NCBI GenBank assembly: GCA_963718525.1
Contig: OY970355.1
Coordinates: forward strand, 704,001-768,000
Length of the DNA stretch: 64,000 nucleotides
Reading direction: 5' to 3'
DNA from: Candidatus Dormiibacterota bacterium
GTDB taxonomy: Bacteria > Chloroflexota > Dormibacteria > Aeolococcales > Aeolococcaceae
How positions within the stretch are numbered: the stretch's first letter is position 1; each line of letters opens with the position of its first letter. A program made the position numbers and the translations under genes. Under the pieces are notes generated by a model that had not been told where the DNA came from, made no database searches, and worked only from the letters and a program-made list of their open reading frames with translations. Shown in pieces: positions 1 to 10,085 of the stretch.

Positions 1-12
1 CGGCTCACTAGG

Positions 13-360
13 ATGAGACGAGACCTAACCCATTCCCCGACCAGAGACCCCTTGCCGCTGGTGCTTGGGGTCTCGCTTTGTTTGCGGTGCGGTGCCTTCA
101 GTCCCCTCAGGCACCTGGGTGCTCGAGAGACTCGCCTCAGCGCAGAGGTGCAAGCCGAAGTCGACGACACCATCACCAGGATTTGGACCGAGTGGGGGCT
201 GGAAGCGCTCAGCCCGAAGCAGCGCCTGGCGGTGATCCTCCACCACATGCTTGGACTTCCCGTCGCCGATGTCGCGAGAGCTTCGGGGTCGTCAACAGAG
301 ACCGTGCGCACGCACCTCAAACGTGCTCGCGTGCGCCTTCGTACCCCGACTCTCGGGTGA
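13..360 (+). pseudogene. ECF sigma factor region-4 fragment (N-terminal part not recognisable)
   Basis: C-terminal LSPKQRLAVILHHMLGLPVADVARASGSSTETVRTHLKRARVRLR matches the sigma70 region 4 HTH pattern; no region 2 is visible upstream in the window. Confidence 0.6.
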
Positions 361-368
361 GGAACGTG

Positions 369-602
369 ATGACTGAATTGAAGCGTGATTTGGAAGAGGT
401 CGGAAAGACCATTTGGCCTGATGCCGAGCAGGTTCGCCGTCGTGTATTTGGTAGCGTCCGAGGCAAGCGTTGGCCCTCGCCTCGGACCCTGGTGGCAATC
501 TTGGCCACAGCCGCGATTGCGGCTTTGATTGGGGCTGTGTCCGCTCCAGCGATCATCGGGGATGCGTGTGGCTTCCTGATGATGTTGTCGCCTCCGCTCT
601 AG
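369..602 (+). CDS. Small membrane-anchored protein, putative truncated anti-sigma factor
   Basis: ATG at 369 directly after the sigma fragment; MTELKRDL... followed by one hydrophobic helix. Confidence 0.4.
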   Translation: MTELKRDLEEVGKTIWPDAEQVRRRVFGSVRGKRWPSPRTLVAILATAAIAALIGAVSAPAIIGDACGFLMMLSPPL

Positions 603-895
603 ATCGTCACCAGTGATATTGGGGACGACCTTTCAGGCGCTCATTGGCTTCGTTGCAGACGACCGTCCGGGCAGGCTTGTGGGGCCCGCGGGCGATGTGC
701 TATACCGGCCGCCCCCACCCACCTGGCCGCTTGCGGCCGTTGCCACGATTGGAGGTGATCACGGAGGCGGCCAAGAGTCTCCGGCACCGCGGAAGCCAGG
801 CTTCGGAATGAGGAGCCAAATGTCAGTCGGGTGACCCAGCGCGTCCTGCGAAGGGGGCGAGGGGTCGCCGCCGTGTTCCAGAGAAGGGCGAACAA

Positions 896-2296
896 ATGAC
901 TTATCCCGTGCATCGGTCGGTCAGAGCGTCGATTGTCTTGGCGGGACTGGTGGCCGCAACCGTCCCAGCGGCCACTGCGGCCGCAGCACCAGGAAACCCT
1001 TTGCCGCAATCCAGCCCGACGGCTCAAGCCGACCTATCCCCGCTAAGCCAGCTTGCGGCGGGAATCAACACGGTCGGCGTGATGGACTTCCCGGCCTCCT
1101 ACGGAGGCATGCTCGTCACCGACGACCAGGACATCAAGGTTTACGTTGCTGGTAACGCCGCCGCCCTGATCGAGCGCGTGGGAAGTCTGGCAGCAAACCG
1201 CATACATGTCACCTATCTTCGAGTGAAGCATAGCCTGGGGTACCTTAATCGGATTGCCGAGGAGGTGGCGACCGACAATCCCGTTCTCGAAGCGGATGGA
1301 TTCCATCTTGACAATCTGTCGCCAGATGTGGTGCACGGGACACTTAGCGTAGTCATGGAGACGCCTCCAGGGACGGCGCGGCCAGCGACGTTGAGCAGCG
1401 CCGCCGTAAGCCAAGCGGAAGCTTTTCTCGGTGCGCACTATGGAACGATTTTCACCGTGCAGCCCACGACAGCAACAGCCCCATCCATTCAGGACTTCCC
1501 GGTTCCATGCACGGAGAACAATCGCAACTGCGACTTCACCCCCTTCTGGGGCGGTGACAGCATCGCGGTGCGCAACAAGTCTAACAACAGCCCATTCAGC
1601 CTTTGCTCGACCGCCTTCGCCGCCTACTCACCAAATTATGGAAATGGCGTCTTTACCGCAGGGCACTGCGTGGGAGACTCCCCAGCCAATCAAGCCAATC
1701 TATATACCAACTGCGCACCCCCTTACGAGGCTAAGGACTGTGCTGAGAAGTATCTTGGCGAAACCAAATATGACGAGAACGGCAACACGGCAGCGCGTGA
1801 CTGGCAGTTCGCTTGGTCGAATGGTGCATCGGATTATGAAACCGTATACGGCGGCAACGCCCTTGAGTACCCGACAAACCATTACCAGGTCGTCGGGTGG
1901 GAAGCGCCATTCACGCGCTGCTGCCTGACCGAGGATCCGGCCGGCTCTGGCGAAGTCGCAGGACTGCAACCTGTGACATTTTCGGGTGGGTCTGCGACCT
2001 CATGCCAGGAGTTTTCGGACAACGGTGTGAATAACAAGTTCATGACCTGTGGAGTCGGAGAGCTCAGACCTGGCAGCAACAGCTATCGTGTGGGCGGGGG
2101 CTCCGTCGGCACCGTCTGCCAGGGAGGAGACAGTGGTGGACCGGTGTACGAGCGTCAATCGACTTACGATGTGAAGGCTGTAGGCATCCACATCGCCGGC
2201 GGCAACAACGACTGCTACTACGAGTTGCTCAGCTACATCTTCTCGTATTGGGCCGGGGCCGTATACATTCTTACAACGAATGGACCGGAAGACTGA
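896..2296 (+). CDS. Secreted S1 (chymotrypsin-like, alpha-lytic/streptogrisin-type) serine protease with prodomain
   Basis: Signal peptide, FTAGHC (His) and GGDSGGP (Ser) motifs, Cys-rich mature domain. Confidence 0.85.
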   Translation: MTYPVHRSVRASIVLAGLVAATVPAATAAAAPGNPLPQSSPTAQADLSPLSQLAAGINTVGVMDFPASYGGMLVTDDQDIKVYVAGNAAALIERVGSLAANRIHVTYLRVKHSLGYLNRIAEEVATDNPVLEADGFHLDNLSPDVVHGTLSVVMETPPGTARPATLSSAAVSQAEAFLGAHYGTIFTVQPTTATAPSIQDFPVPCTENNRNCDFTPFWGGDSIAVRNKSNNSPFSLCSTAFAAYSPNYGNGVFTAGHCVGDSPANQANLYTNCAPPYEAKDCAEKYLGETKYDENGNTAARDWQFAWSNGASDYETVYGGNALEYPTNHYQVVGWEAPFTRCCLTEDPAGSGEVAGLQPVTFSGGSATSCQEFSDNGVNNKFMTCGVGELRPGSNSYRVGGGSVGTVCQGGDSGGPVYERQSTYDVKAVGIHIAGGNNDCYYELLSYIFSYWAGAVYILTTNGPED

Positions 2297-2338
2297 GTCC
2301 CCCTTCGGGACTAGAAGGCTTTAGAGGACTTAGGGGGT

Positions 2339-2378
2339 AATTGCAAGTGGTCAATGGTGACGTTGGCCACTTGCAGTT
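2339..2378. terminator. Imperfect 16-bp hairpin after the protease gene
   Basis: AATTGCAAGTGGTCAA / TTGGCCACTTGCAGTT, 14 of 16 complementary. Confidence 0.45.
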
Positions 2379-2803
2379 GACTACGCGCCGGCGGAGCCGG
2401 TAGCGATGCCTGACGCGACATCACAGGACATCTTCGACTCGAGGCGACTGCCGCGGATCCGGCCCTCGGCCACGGGCCTCCCGCTCATCTAATGCCACAT
2501 TAGTTGCTATGACGACTTATGCCGAGCTCGCGTCGCCCGAACTCGACGGCATCGGCTGGTCCGATAACTCTGATGCTCATGATCGAGTACGACCCGAGCG
2601 CCTCCCTAGGTCGAGCGAGAGGGTATGCCCACGTGCATCAACTCGTGGAGCGTGCCTTCGAATAACCACGGTGCGAAGATCGCATGCCGAGAGGCACCAT
2701 GTGCGGAGCGCGTAGCGAGGTAACGTGAGAGCCGTGGGCCTCTCTGAATGCGGCAATTCAGGCGCGCATGGAGGTTGGCATGACGAGTGTTGCAGTCCTC
2801 GGC

Positions 2804-4219
2804 TCAGGGAAGATCGACGGAGGATTGGCTAAGGCTAGCACCATCACGGCGGAGAAATATGCCCCGTCCTGGAGCCGCTGGAAAGCGTCCGGCGTCGAAG
2901 ATGATCTCGCCGCGAGATACCGTGGTCGTCGGCCAGCCGCGCAGTGTCATTCCTTCATAAACGCTGAAGTCGCTCGATCCCTGCAGTTCTTTCGCGACCA
3001 CTTCGTGCTCATGATCTACATCAATGATGGTGAAGTCTGCATCCGACCCTTCGGCAAGAGTCCCCTTGCGCGGGTGTAGCCCGAAACACTTCGCAACGTT
3101 GCTGCTCGTGACCCGGGCAATGCTCGTGATCGACAGCCCACTGGTCACGGCGATCGGTAGCAGGAGACCAGATCCGCTGAACGCCGAGTTCTGCTCCCAA
3201 AAGTCACTCATCGCCTTCTCGTCGGCGCGGTAGGGAATTTCATCCGACCCGAGAGTGTCCAGTCGCCCGTCCTCGATGGCATCGCGAATTGCTTCCTGGT
3301 CTGCACTCGAGCGGATGGGCGGTGACACCTTCGCCGCTTCTCCCGCTTGGTCGGTGAGCACTAGATAGTGAGGGCATGACTCAGCCCGCACATCCGTCTG
3401 AAGGATTCGAGCTTCGTCCACGGCCTGAAGAGCAGTCCGGTTCCCGATGTGGGGAATATACAGAGGAACGGCATAAGCCCGCGAGAGCGCGGCCGCCTGG
3501 TGGATGGCGAGTGATTCTGAAATTGGTGGTCGGGCCTCGTTCCAGGCCGCAAGACCGCGACGTCCGGTACCTGAAATTCTGCTGGTGGCAGCGGCAATCA
3601 CTTCGGAGTCTTCACAGTGGACGTTGAGCCGGATTCCATGCCGTACGGGGTGGAGTGCCTCGAAAACCCTGACCAGGAAGTCCAGGTCAAAGTCAACTGC
3701 AGCCGTCTCGACGGTGGCCTGGTGGTCGAGTGCGTCCATTCGCATCCGCTTCGCGAGCGGCATGCGCGAGTTCATGTAAATCTTGAACGACGTCACTCCC
3801 AACTTCCTGATGTACTCAGGGATTTCAGCGAGATGGCGATCGTTGAACAGAGTGAGATGAAATGTGTAATCCTGCAGGAGCGCCGCCTGTGCAACCGATA
3901 TCCGATCGGGAACCACGGTGTGATAGCTCTCAAGGCGCCGTAGGTATGAGATCAGGGTGGTGACGCCACCGGCTGCCGCGGACCGAGACTCGAGTGGCCA
4001 TCGTGACCGTAGCGGCGCGACGAGGCCGGGATGGGTGTGTGGATCGATGACTCCTGGAAGCAGGTACTTGCCTTCGGCGTGGAGGATACGTGCCGCTTGA
4101 ACGCGTGATCCGTCCACCACGCCAACGATCAGTCCATTGCTGACTCCGAGGTCGCCGTCCACGACGCCTTGATCCGGATGCACGATTCGGGCATTGCGGA
4201 CGAGAAGGTCGAGCTCCAC
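2804..4219 (-). CDS. Cyclic amidohydrolase (dihydroorotase/allantoinase/hydantoinase family), paralog 2
   Basis: IDPHTH, SFKIY, VHCE, IPHIG, GSD metal-ligand motifs; C-terminal GSDADF and TVSRG. Confidence 0.9.
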   Translation of the reverse strand: MELDLLVRNARIVHPDQGVVDGDLGVSNGLIVGVVDGSRVQAARILHAEGKYLLPGVIDPHTHPGLVAPLRSRWPLESRSAAAGGVTTLISYLRRLESYHTVVPDRISVAQAALLQDYTFHLTLFNDRHLAEIPEYIRKLGVTSFKIYMNSRMPLAKRMRMDALDHQATVETAAVDFDLDFLVRVFEALHPVRHGIRLNVHCEDSEVIAAATSRISGTGRRGLAAWNEARPPISESLAIHQAAALSRAYAVPLYIPHIGNRTALQAVDEARILQTDVRAESCPHYLVLTDQAGEAAKVSPPIRSSADQEAIRDAIEDGRLDTLGSDEIPYRADEKAMSDFWEQNSAFSGSGLLLPIAVTSGLSITSIARVTSSNVAKCFGLHPRKGTLAEGSDADFTIIDVDHEHEVVAKELQGSSDFSVYEGMTLRGWPTTTVSRGEIIFDAGRFPAAPGRGIFLRRDGASLSQSSVDLP

Positions 4220-4240
4220 TGTGCTATCGAAGGCGACAAC

Positions 4241-5674
4241 TCATGCGGACAGGCGCTGCAGTTGGGGATATCTCGTGATGAACTGGCCGCGGCCTGGATC
4301 CACCGCCATGTGACCATCCTCACAGATCACCTCGCCTCTCGATACGGTCACGTCAACACCCCCACGCAGACGCATCCCTTCATACACAGAGAATGACTGC
4401 AAGGATGCGAGATCCGCAGCATGAACCGTCCATTCACGGTCAAGGTTGACGATGATGAGATCGGCGTCGCTGCCCGGAAGCAAGCTCCCTTTCATGGGAT
4501 ACAGCCCAAACGCCTTGGCGACATTCGCCGAGGTCATCTGCGCAACCTGCCGGATCGTGAGTTCGCCTGTGTTGACGCCTGCGCTCAGCATCACCGGCAT
4601 CATCAAACCAAAGCTCCCGAAACCGGGGCGGGTCTTCCAGATGTCTGCGCCTCGCTTGACAGCCTCAGGATACGGGATGTGGTCGGTACCGATGGTCGAG
4701 AGCACGCCCGCACGCAGCGCGTCCCAGGTTGCTCGATTGTCCTCCTTCGTCCGCACAGGGGGCATGACCTTCAGCAGTTCGGCCGCGGGGCTCTCGAGGT
4801 TGTGGACAAGATAGTGAGGGCAGGTCTCAGCGACGAGGTTTGTTCCCGCCGCGAGCTCCTCCACAACCGCGTCGATCGCGAGGCGGCTCCCAATGTGCGG
4901 AAAGTACACGGGTACATTGAGGCGGCGTGAAAGGTATGAAACCTTTCGCACTCCCAGCGCCTCTGCCTCTTCAGGCCGAGCGTAGTGCCACGCCAGTAGA
5001 CCTCCCAGCCCCAGTGCGCGGACGCGTTCGGTCTGCCTGATGACGATATCGGCCTCCTCGACGTGCACGCTCAGTCGGGATCGCACACGAAGCGCTGCCA
5101 AGGCCTCCATCACGCTGATGAGCACGCCGTCGTCGTAGTCCAGGTCGGCGGTCTGGATCTCCTCGTCCTCGACAAGCGGGTCAATCAGGAAAGCCTTTGC
5201 CACCGCTGCCTTCAGGTTGGTATAGATCTTGAAGGAGGTGACGCCGAGCTCCTCGACATATCGGGGAATCTCTGCGGCCTGCGCCTCGTTGAAAATGGCC
5301 AGATGAACGGAGAAGTCCTGGTAGTGGTAGGCAGGATCGGCCGCGATGTGAGGTGGGAGCGATTGCAGGTACAAGTCCGGCCGCCGATAATATCTGACCA
5401 GAGTGGTGATCCCACCAAGAGCGGCGAACGCGGACTCTGGGGCGACGCGCTCGCTGAGTGGTGGAATGAGCCCGTAATGGCAATGCGGGTCAATAGCACC
5501 CGGCAATACGAAGCGCCCAGCCGCGTCGATGGTGCGCTCGGCGTCGGGTGCATCTTCGGAAAAGGGGAGTAGCGCGGATACTTTGCCGTCCTCGACGACA
5601 ACGTGGCCGTGGAGTAGTCCTGCCTCTGGGAGGACTACGACCGCGTCGCGCACCACCAACTGTGGGCGAGGCAA
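4241..5674 (-). CDS. Cyclic amidohydrolase (dihydroorotase/allantoinase/hydantoinase family), paralog 1
   Basis: IDPHCH, SFKIY, VHVE, FPHIG, GTDH motifs. Confidence 0.9.
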   Translation of the reverse strand: MPRPQLVVRDAVVVLPEAGLLHGHVVVEDGKVSALLPFSEDAPDAERTIDAAGRFVLPGAIDPHCHYGLIPPLSERVAPESAFAALGGITTLVRYYRRPDLYLQSLPPHIAADPAYHYQDFSVHLAIFNEAQAAEIPRYVEELGVTSFKIYTNLKAAVAKAFLIDPLVEDEEIQTADLDYDDGVLISVMEALAALRVRSRLSVHVEEADIVIRQTERVRALGLGGLLAWHYARPEEAEALGVRKVSYLSRRLNVPVYFPHIGSRLAIDAVVEELAAGTNLVAETCPHYLVHNLESPAAELLKVMPPVRTKEDNRATWDALRAGVLSTIGTDHIPYPEAVKRGADIWKTRPGFGSFGLMMPVMLSAGVNTGELTIRQVAQMTSANVAKAFGLYPMKGSLLPGSDADLIIVNLDREWTVHAADLASLQSFSVYEGMRLRGGVDVTVSRGEVICEDGHMAVDPGRGQFITRYPQLQRLSA

Positions 5675-6163
5675 CTACGCGTCCTCGAGGGGAGTGACCA
5701 GCATCTCCACTGTATTCGTCGATGCCTCCCAGCGCCGCGTCAGTCGCGCGCCAAGCAATTCGGTGATCACGAAGTCAAGATTGTTATAGATCGGGTTGAC
5801 CGATGGCTCGAAGTGACCCCCGAGAACGCGGCCGGTCGCGTCCGAGATCGCCCCGTGCAGGTGAGTCACTCGCCCGGAGCCGCCGTCATCGCAAACCAGC
5901 CCTTGCCCCGCAAGGAATTCAACGCGGTCGTCGATCGTCTGCGGCATCAGGGCCGCAGCCGCTTCAGGATCATCGGGCTGGTGCAGGCACTTGAAGGTGG
6001 CTGTACTCAGGCTGCCGTATGCCGCATTGATCGCGGCATAGCGTATTCCGTGTTCGTCGCAAACAGCCTCGAGGCCGCCGATAAGATCACTGCCGGGTAA
6101 GAGGCGGCCGACGATGGTGCGTCCCGTCCGCACAGCGATGCTGAGAAATGCGTCAGTTGACAC
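5675..6163 (-). CDS. PPC/DUF296 domain protein
   Basis: RLLPGSDL...AYGSL...HLHGAISD...LGGH motif set. Confidence 0.85.
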   Translation of the reverse strand: MSTDAFLSIAVRTGRTIVGRLLPGSDLIGGLEAVCDEHGIRYAAINAAYGSLSTATFKCLHQPDDPEAAAALMPQTIDDRVEFLAGQGLVCDDGGSGRVTHLHGAISDATGRVLGGHFEPSVNPIYNNLDFVITELLGARLTRRWEASTNTVEMLVTPLEDA

Positions 6164-6190
6164 GCCGGCCTCCCTGGAAAACTCGCGACA

Positions 6191-7618
6191 TCATTCCGGA
6201 CTGGTTAGGGTCTGCAGCAATTGGCGAACGGACGGTTCCCTGTCGATGTTGAGCAGCCTCTCGGCGAGGCGACCGGCAGACTGCAGAGGACCACCACCCC
6301 ATGCCAGGCAGTCGGAGAACTTCTCAATGAGCTCTGCATCAGTCATGGGGTTGTCCGGGCTGCCCTTGCCGAAGGCTGCGCGCGTCTCGAATGTCCGACC
6401 ATCACGCAGCCAGATTCGAATGATCGTCGTCATGTTGTTGTATCCAGCGGATTCGGCTTCAGGGTCGACATCGAAGTGCACACGTCCGATCATCTCCTGA
6501 ACGCGCGGCTGAATGACGACATCATCGGTGAACTGCTCAAGGCCAGCGCGGCGCTCCAGGAGAAGGATGGCAATGCAGAATTCCATACTGAACTTAGCTT
6601 CGAGGTGGTTCGTCGGCCGATGATGAATCAGTGCATTTGGCATGTGTCGGTTCGTCCCAACAGTGACCCTGTCAACGTCGGCAGGCTCCAGGTTCTCTCG
6701 GCGGATCAGGTCGATGAACGCACTCATTCCCGGGTGCGTGAGCGATCCGGAGGGATATGGCTTAATTGAAACGCCGGGGTCAGCGAACGTCCACGGGCGC
6801 CCTAGGCGAGAGTGGATTGCGTCCGCATCGTACCCTCCCCCTGCGGCTTGAAAAAACCCGCGCCTCGCTTCGAGAATGTCAGTCGCAGCTGTGAAGCCGT
6901 CGCGAGCGAGTTGCGCGCCGAGGATCCCGCTCTCTGCCGCCCGGCCGGCATGGAAGGGCTTGGTCATGGTTCCGAAGTTCTCGCGCAGGCCCGCCGCCTG
7001 GCTGGCAGCAATTCCAAGGGCAACCGCCGTTGTCTTCGCGTCGAGGTGCAGCATGCGAGCGGCGGCCGCCGCTGCTCCGATCGTCCCGAGGGTGCCTGTC
7101 GAGTGGAACCCCGCATCGTAGTGACGAGGATAGATCGCTTCGGCGACCTTCGTAGCCACTTCGACGCCGATCAGGTATCCGAGGAGCAAGTCAGCTCCAG
7201 AACGGTCGCACTCCTCCGCAATGGCGAGCGCTGCGGGCAAGACGGGCGCGGTGGGATGAGTGAGCAAACCATAAACCCGGTCAGGGAGTGTGGCGAGTTG
7301 CGTGTCGTCGTAGTCCTCGGCGTGGATGGCAAGACCGTTGAGGAATCCAGCAAAGCGGGCCGGGACCTTCACGGCTGTTCCGAGCACTGACGCGTCGCGA
7401 TTGGCACATCCGTACGAGGCGACTTCTCTCCTTGCGATGCCCGCTGCCGCACTCCTCGAGCCGGCCACTGCGAGTCCGAAGCCATCCAGCAGCGAACGTT
7501 TGGCCTTGTCCAGCGTCGAGGGTGAAATGGATGCGAGTTCAGCGTGGCCGATGAACTCCGCGACTTCGGCGGTCAGCCCTTCAACGAGAGCGGTTTCCGG
7601 ATCCTTGAGCACGTGCAC
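6191..7618 (-). CDS. MmgE/PrpD family protein
   Basis: HAEDYDDT, THP, GFHSTG, TKPFHAG, IKPYP and KGSPDNP motifs; start placed at GTG 7618 or 7612 because the TTG at 7648 lies in the operator. Confidence 0.9.
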   Translation of the reverse strand: MHVLKDPETALVEGLTAEVAEFIGHAELASISPSTLDKAKRSLLDGFGLAVAGSRSAAAGIARREVASYGCANRDASVLGTAVKVPARFAGFLNGLAIHAEDYDDTQLATLPDRVYGLLTHPTAPVLPAALAIAEECDRSGADLLLGYLIGVEVATKVAEAIYPRHYDAGFHSTGTLGTIGAAAAAARMLHLDAKTTAVALGIAASQAAGLRENFGTMTKPFHAGRAAESGILGAQLARDGFTAATDILEARRGFFQAAGGGYDADAIHSRLGRPWTFADPGVSIKPYPSGSLTHPGMSAFIDLIRRENLEPADVDRVTVGTNRHMPNALIHHRPTNHLEAKFSMEFCIAILLLERRAGLEQFTDDVVIQPRVQEMIGRVHFDVDPEAESAGYNNMTTIIRIWLRDGRTFETRAAFGKGSPDNPMTDAELIEKFSDCLAWGGGPLQSAGRLAERLLNIDREPSVRQLLQTLTSPE

Positions 7619-7634
7619 GAATAGCCAACCTTCG

Positions 7635-7648
7635 TATTTTGTATACAA
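7635..7648. promoter_or_regulatory. Putative GntR/FadR-type operator, copy 1
   Basis: TATTTTGTATACAA containing the perfect palindrome TTGTATACAA, just downstream of a minus-strand TTGACG-N18-TATTCT promoter-like sequence. Confidence 0.7.
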
Positions 7649-7698
7649 GCCGGCGGACAGAATACTCGGCGGCTCCTGCTGGCGTCAACCGGCGAGCC

Positions 7699-8112
7699 CT
7701 ACAGAGTCCATCCCAGGAGCCCGTCAGCTCCGTAGCGCCCGCCGCCGCTGATGAGGAGCGCAACCACGCTCCCAAGTACCGCCAATGGCCAGTCCCAGCC
7801 GCCGATGAATCCCGCGCGCCATTTGAACCGCGCGATCGCGACGACAAGAATTCCAACGAGAGGAATCGCGACCAATCGCACCAGGAGCCCTATCCCCATA
7901 AGGGAGCCCGCCACCAGCTCGCTTACACCGACCGCACGCGCCAGCGCGCTTGGCCATGGGAGTCCACCATATGCGATCAACTGCGCGAGGGCATTCCGGC
8001 CGTGCGGTGCGTTCGCGGGTCTCAGAACTTTCACCCATCCCTGTGCGACGAAGATCGAAGCCACCACGAGACGGAGCACAAGGAGCGAGACATCGAAACC
8101 CGAGGCAATCAC
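7699..8112 (-). CDS. DoxX family membrane protein
   Basis: LLVLRLVVASIFVAQGWVK...GGGRYGAD pattern, four hydrophobic segments. Confidence 0.85.
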   Translation of the reverse strand: MIASGFDVSLLVLRLVVASIFVAQGWVKVLRPANAPHGRNALAQLIAYGGLPWPSALARAVGVSELVAGSLMGIGLLVRLVAIPLVGILVVAIARFKWRAGFIGGWDWPLAVLGSVVALLISGGGRYGADGLLGWTL

Positions 8113-8972
8113 CCTGTTGTCTTGAGTGCGGATTTCTTCCGAGTTTCCCGGCGCCTACCCTCGGCCCCCCCTTGATCCAGCCGAGCCTCGGCAACGATGA
8201 TCTCACTCACCCCGAGCGGATGTCCGAGAGTGGCGTCGCCGCGTGGCGATTCGGATCCCGGCACGGAAAGCGCGCCCACATTTTCTCGACTGAAGTGCTC
8301 CATGAGTGACCGACGAGCACCCTCAACATGCTCGCGCATGAGTGCCTCAGCTTTGTTGCCGTCGCGCCGAGCAATGGCACCGAAAAGCTCGCGATGCGAC
8401 TGCATCACGACCTCGGGCCTCCCCGGAAACTGCAATGTCACGCTGCGATAGCGGAAAACGCGAGCGTAAATCACCGCGAGCATCTCAGAAAGAGATGTGC
8501 TGTGAGCACACTCGTAGATAGCGCGATGAAAGCTGTCCGCGTCGATGACGACGGCATCCTTGCCCGTCGAGCGTCGCACGGCACGATGCGGATGGCTGAG
8601 CAATCGGTCCATCTCCGCAATCTCGGACTCCGTGGCTCGCTCCGCCGCGAGGCGTGCTGCGATCCCTTCCAAAGCCCCGCGGATGCGATAGATATCGTCG
8701 GCATCATCAAGTGAGATCGAGGCAACGAAGATGCCGCTGCGCGGCCTGACCTCAACGAGGCCGTCCTGCTGCAGACGCCGAATTGCCTCGCGTACCGGAT
8801 TGCGGCTGACACCGAGCGTCGCCGCGAGGTCCGTCTCGTACAGTCGCTCCCCGAGCTGGAATTGGCCGGTCACGAGCGCGTTCCGAAGCGCACGATAAGT
8901 CCGTTCCTGTAACGACACGTGGTCTCCCAAAGCGGGGAGGCGGGGCGAGGAACCACCATCACGATTGCTCAT
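8109..8972 (-). CDS. GntR family transcriptional regulator (FCD domain)
   Basis: wHTH LGVSRNPVREA...L.QDGLV; FCD motifs D.SFH and SH...EH. Confidence 0.92.
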   Translation of the reverse strand: MSNRDGGSSPRLPALGDHVSLQERTYRALRNALVTGQFQLGERLYETDLAATLGVSRNPVREAIRRLQQDGLVEVRPRSGIFVASISLDDADDIYRIRGALEGIAARLAAERATESEIAEMDRLLSHPHRAVRRSTGKDAVVIDADSFHRAIYECAHSTSLSEMLAVIYARVFRYRSVTLQFPGRPEVVMQSHRELFGAIARRDGNKAEALMREHVEGARRSLMEHFSRENVGALSVPGSESPRGDATLGHPLGVSEIIVAEARLDQGGAEGRRRETRKKSALKTTG

Positions 8973-9016
8973 GCACAGCCCCCGAATGCCCGCGGACCCG
9001 GGTATTATCTAACAAC

Positions 9017-10084
9017 CTAGCGTTCCTCGTGATCCAACGCGGCAATCAATGCGTCAGACACTTCACTCGTTGACGCAACTCCGCCGAGGTCGCTGGTCCG
9101 TGGGCCACTTCTTGCCACGTGCTTCACTGCGCGCATCACCATCTCTGAGGATTCGCGCTCGCCGAGGTGGCTGAGCATCAGGGCGGCGCTCCAGACGGCA
9201 CCAATAGGATTGGCGATTCCCTGCCCGGCGATCGTCGGTGCGGATCCGTGCACGGGCTCGAACATGCTGGGGTAGCGGCGCTCGGGGTTGAGATTTGCGG
9301 ATGCCGCGAGTTCCATGCCCCCCTGCAATGCGGCGCCCAGATCGGTGAGGATATCGCCGAAGAGGTTGCTGGCGACAACCACGTCAAGAGTCTCTGGCGC
9401 ACTGACAAAGCGCGCGGCGAGCGCGTCAACATGAAACGCCGTGAGGTTGACGCCTGGATAGTCAGCGGCAACGTGGGCGGCAACCTTTTCCCAGAGCACC
9501 CCTGTGTACTGCAGGGCGTTCGCCTTCGAGGCACTGGCCACGGAATGCCTGCGCTCCGCGGCACGATCACAGGCGTACCTTACGATCCGTTCCACCGCAG
9601 TTTCAGTGAATACGGCTGTCTGGATCGCCACCTGTTCGGCCTGATGCGAGAATGCGCCGCCCAACCCTACGTACTCCCCTTCAGAGTTCTCCCGAATACA
9701 AAGAATGTCGAGATCCGCCGGGCCAACACCACGAAGTGGCGAACGCACGCCCTCCAACAGCTGGATGGGCCGTAGGTTGACATATTGGTCGAAGGACTGA
9801 CGGATGGGCAGAAGGAGTTCGCGAAGCGATACGTGGTCGGGAACCAGAGGCGATCCGATTGCCCCGAGGAGGATTGCGTCAGAGTCGCGGAGGCGCTCCA
9901 TACCATCCACGGGCATCATCCGCCCATGCTCCTGATACCACACACAAGACCACGGATACTCGATCAAGTCCAAGCCGAACGAATTTGTGAGCGCGGCGAC
10001 GCGCGCAAGGACGCGGCTCGCCACGGGGACGACCTCAGTTCCAACCCCATCTCCAGCGATCACCGCGATGCGATGTCGTCTCAA
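9017..10084 (-). CDS. Tartrate dehydrogenase / D-malate dehydrogenase (decarboxylating) family
   Basis: IAGDGVG, RENSEGEY, SNLFGDILTDL and FEPVHGSAP; VPDHVSL and FDQYVNLRP are typical of the TDH subgroup. Confidence 0.85.
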   Translation of the reverse strand: MRRHRIAVIAGDGVGTEVVPVASRVLARVAALTNSFGLDLIEYPWSCVWYQEHGRMMPVDGMERLRDSDAILLGAIGSPLVPDHVSLRELLLPIRQSFDQYVNLRPIQLLEGVRSPLRGVGPADLDILCIRENSEGEYVGLGGAFSHQAEQVAIQTAVFTETAVERIVRYACDRAAERRHSVASASKANALQYTGVLWEKVAAHVAADYPGVNLTAFHVDALAARFVSAPETLDVVVASNLFGDILTDLGAALQGGMELAASANLNPERRYPSMFEPVHGSAPTIAGQGIANPIGAVWSAALMLSHLGERESSEMVMRAVKHVARSGPRTSDLGGVASTSEVSDALIAALDHEER

Positions 10085-10085
10085 T

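Noticed and set aside
2339-2500. Opposite end of the putative transposon (TGCAAGTGG and CGCTCATCTAATGC similarities)
   Set aside because: Matches are short, one is explained by a hairpin, and no TGT terminus or TSD was found
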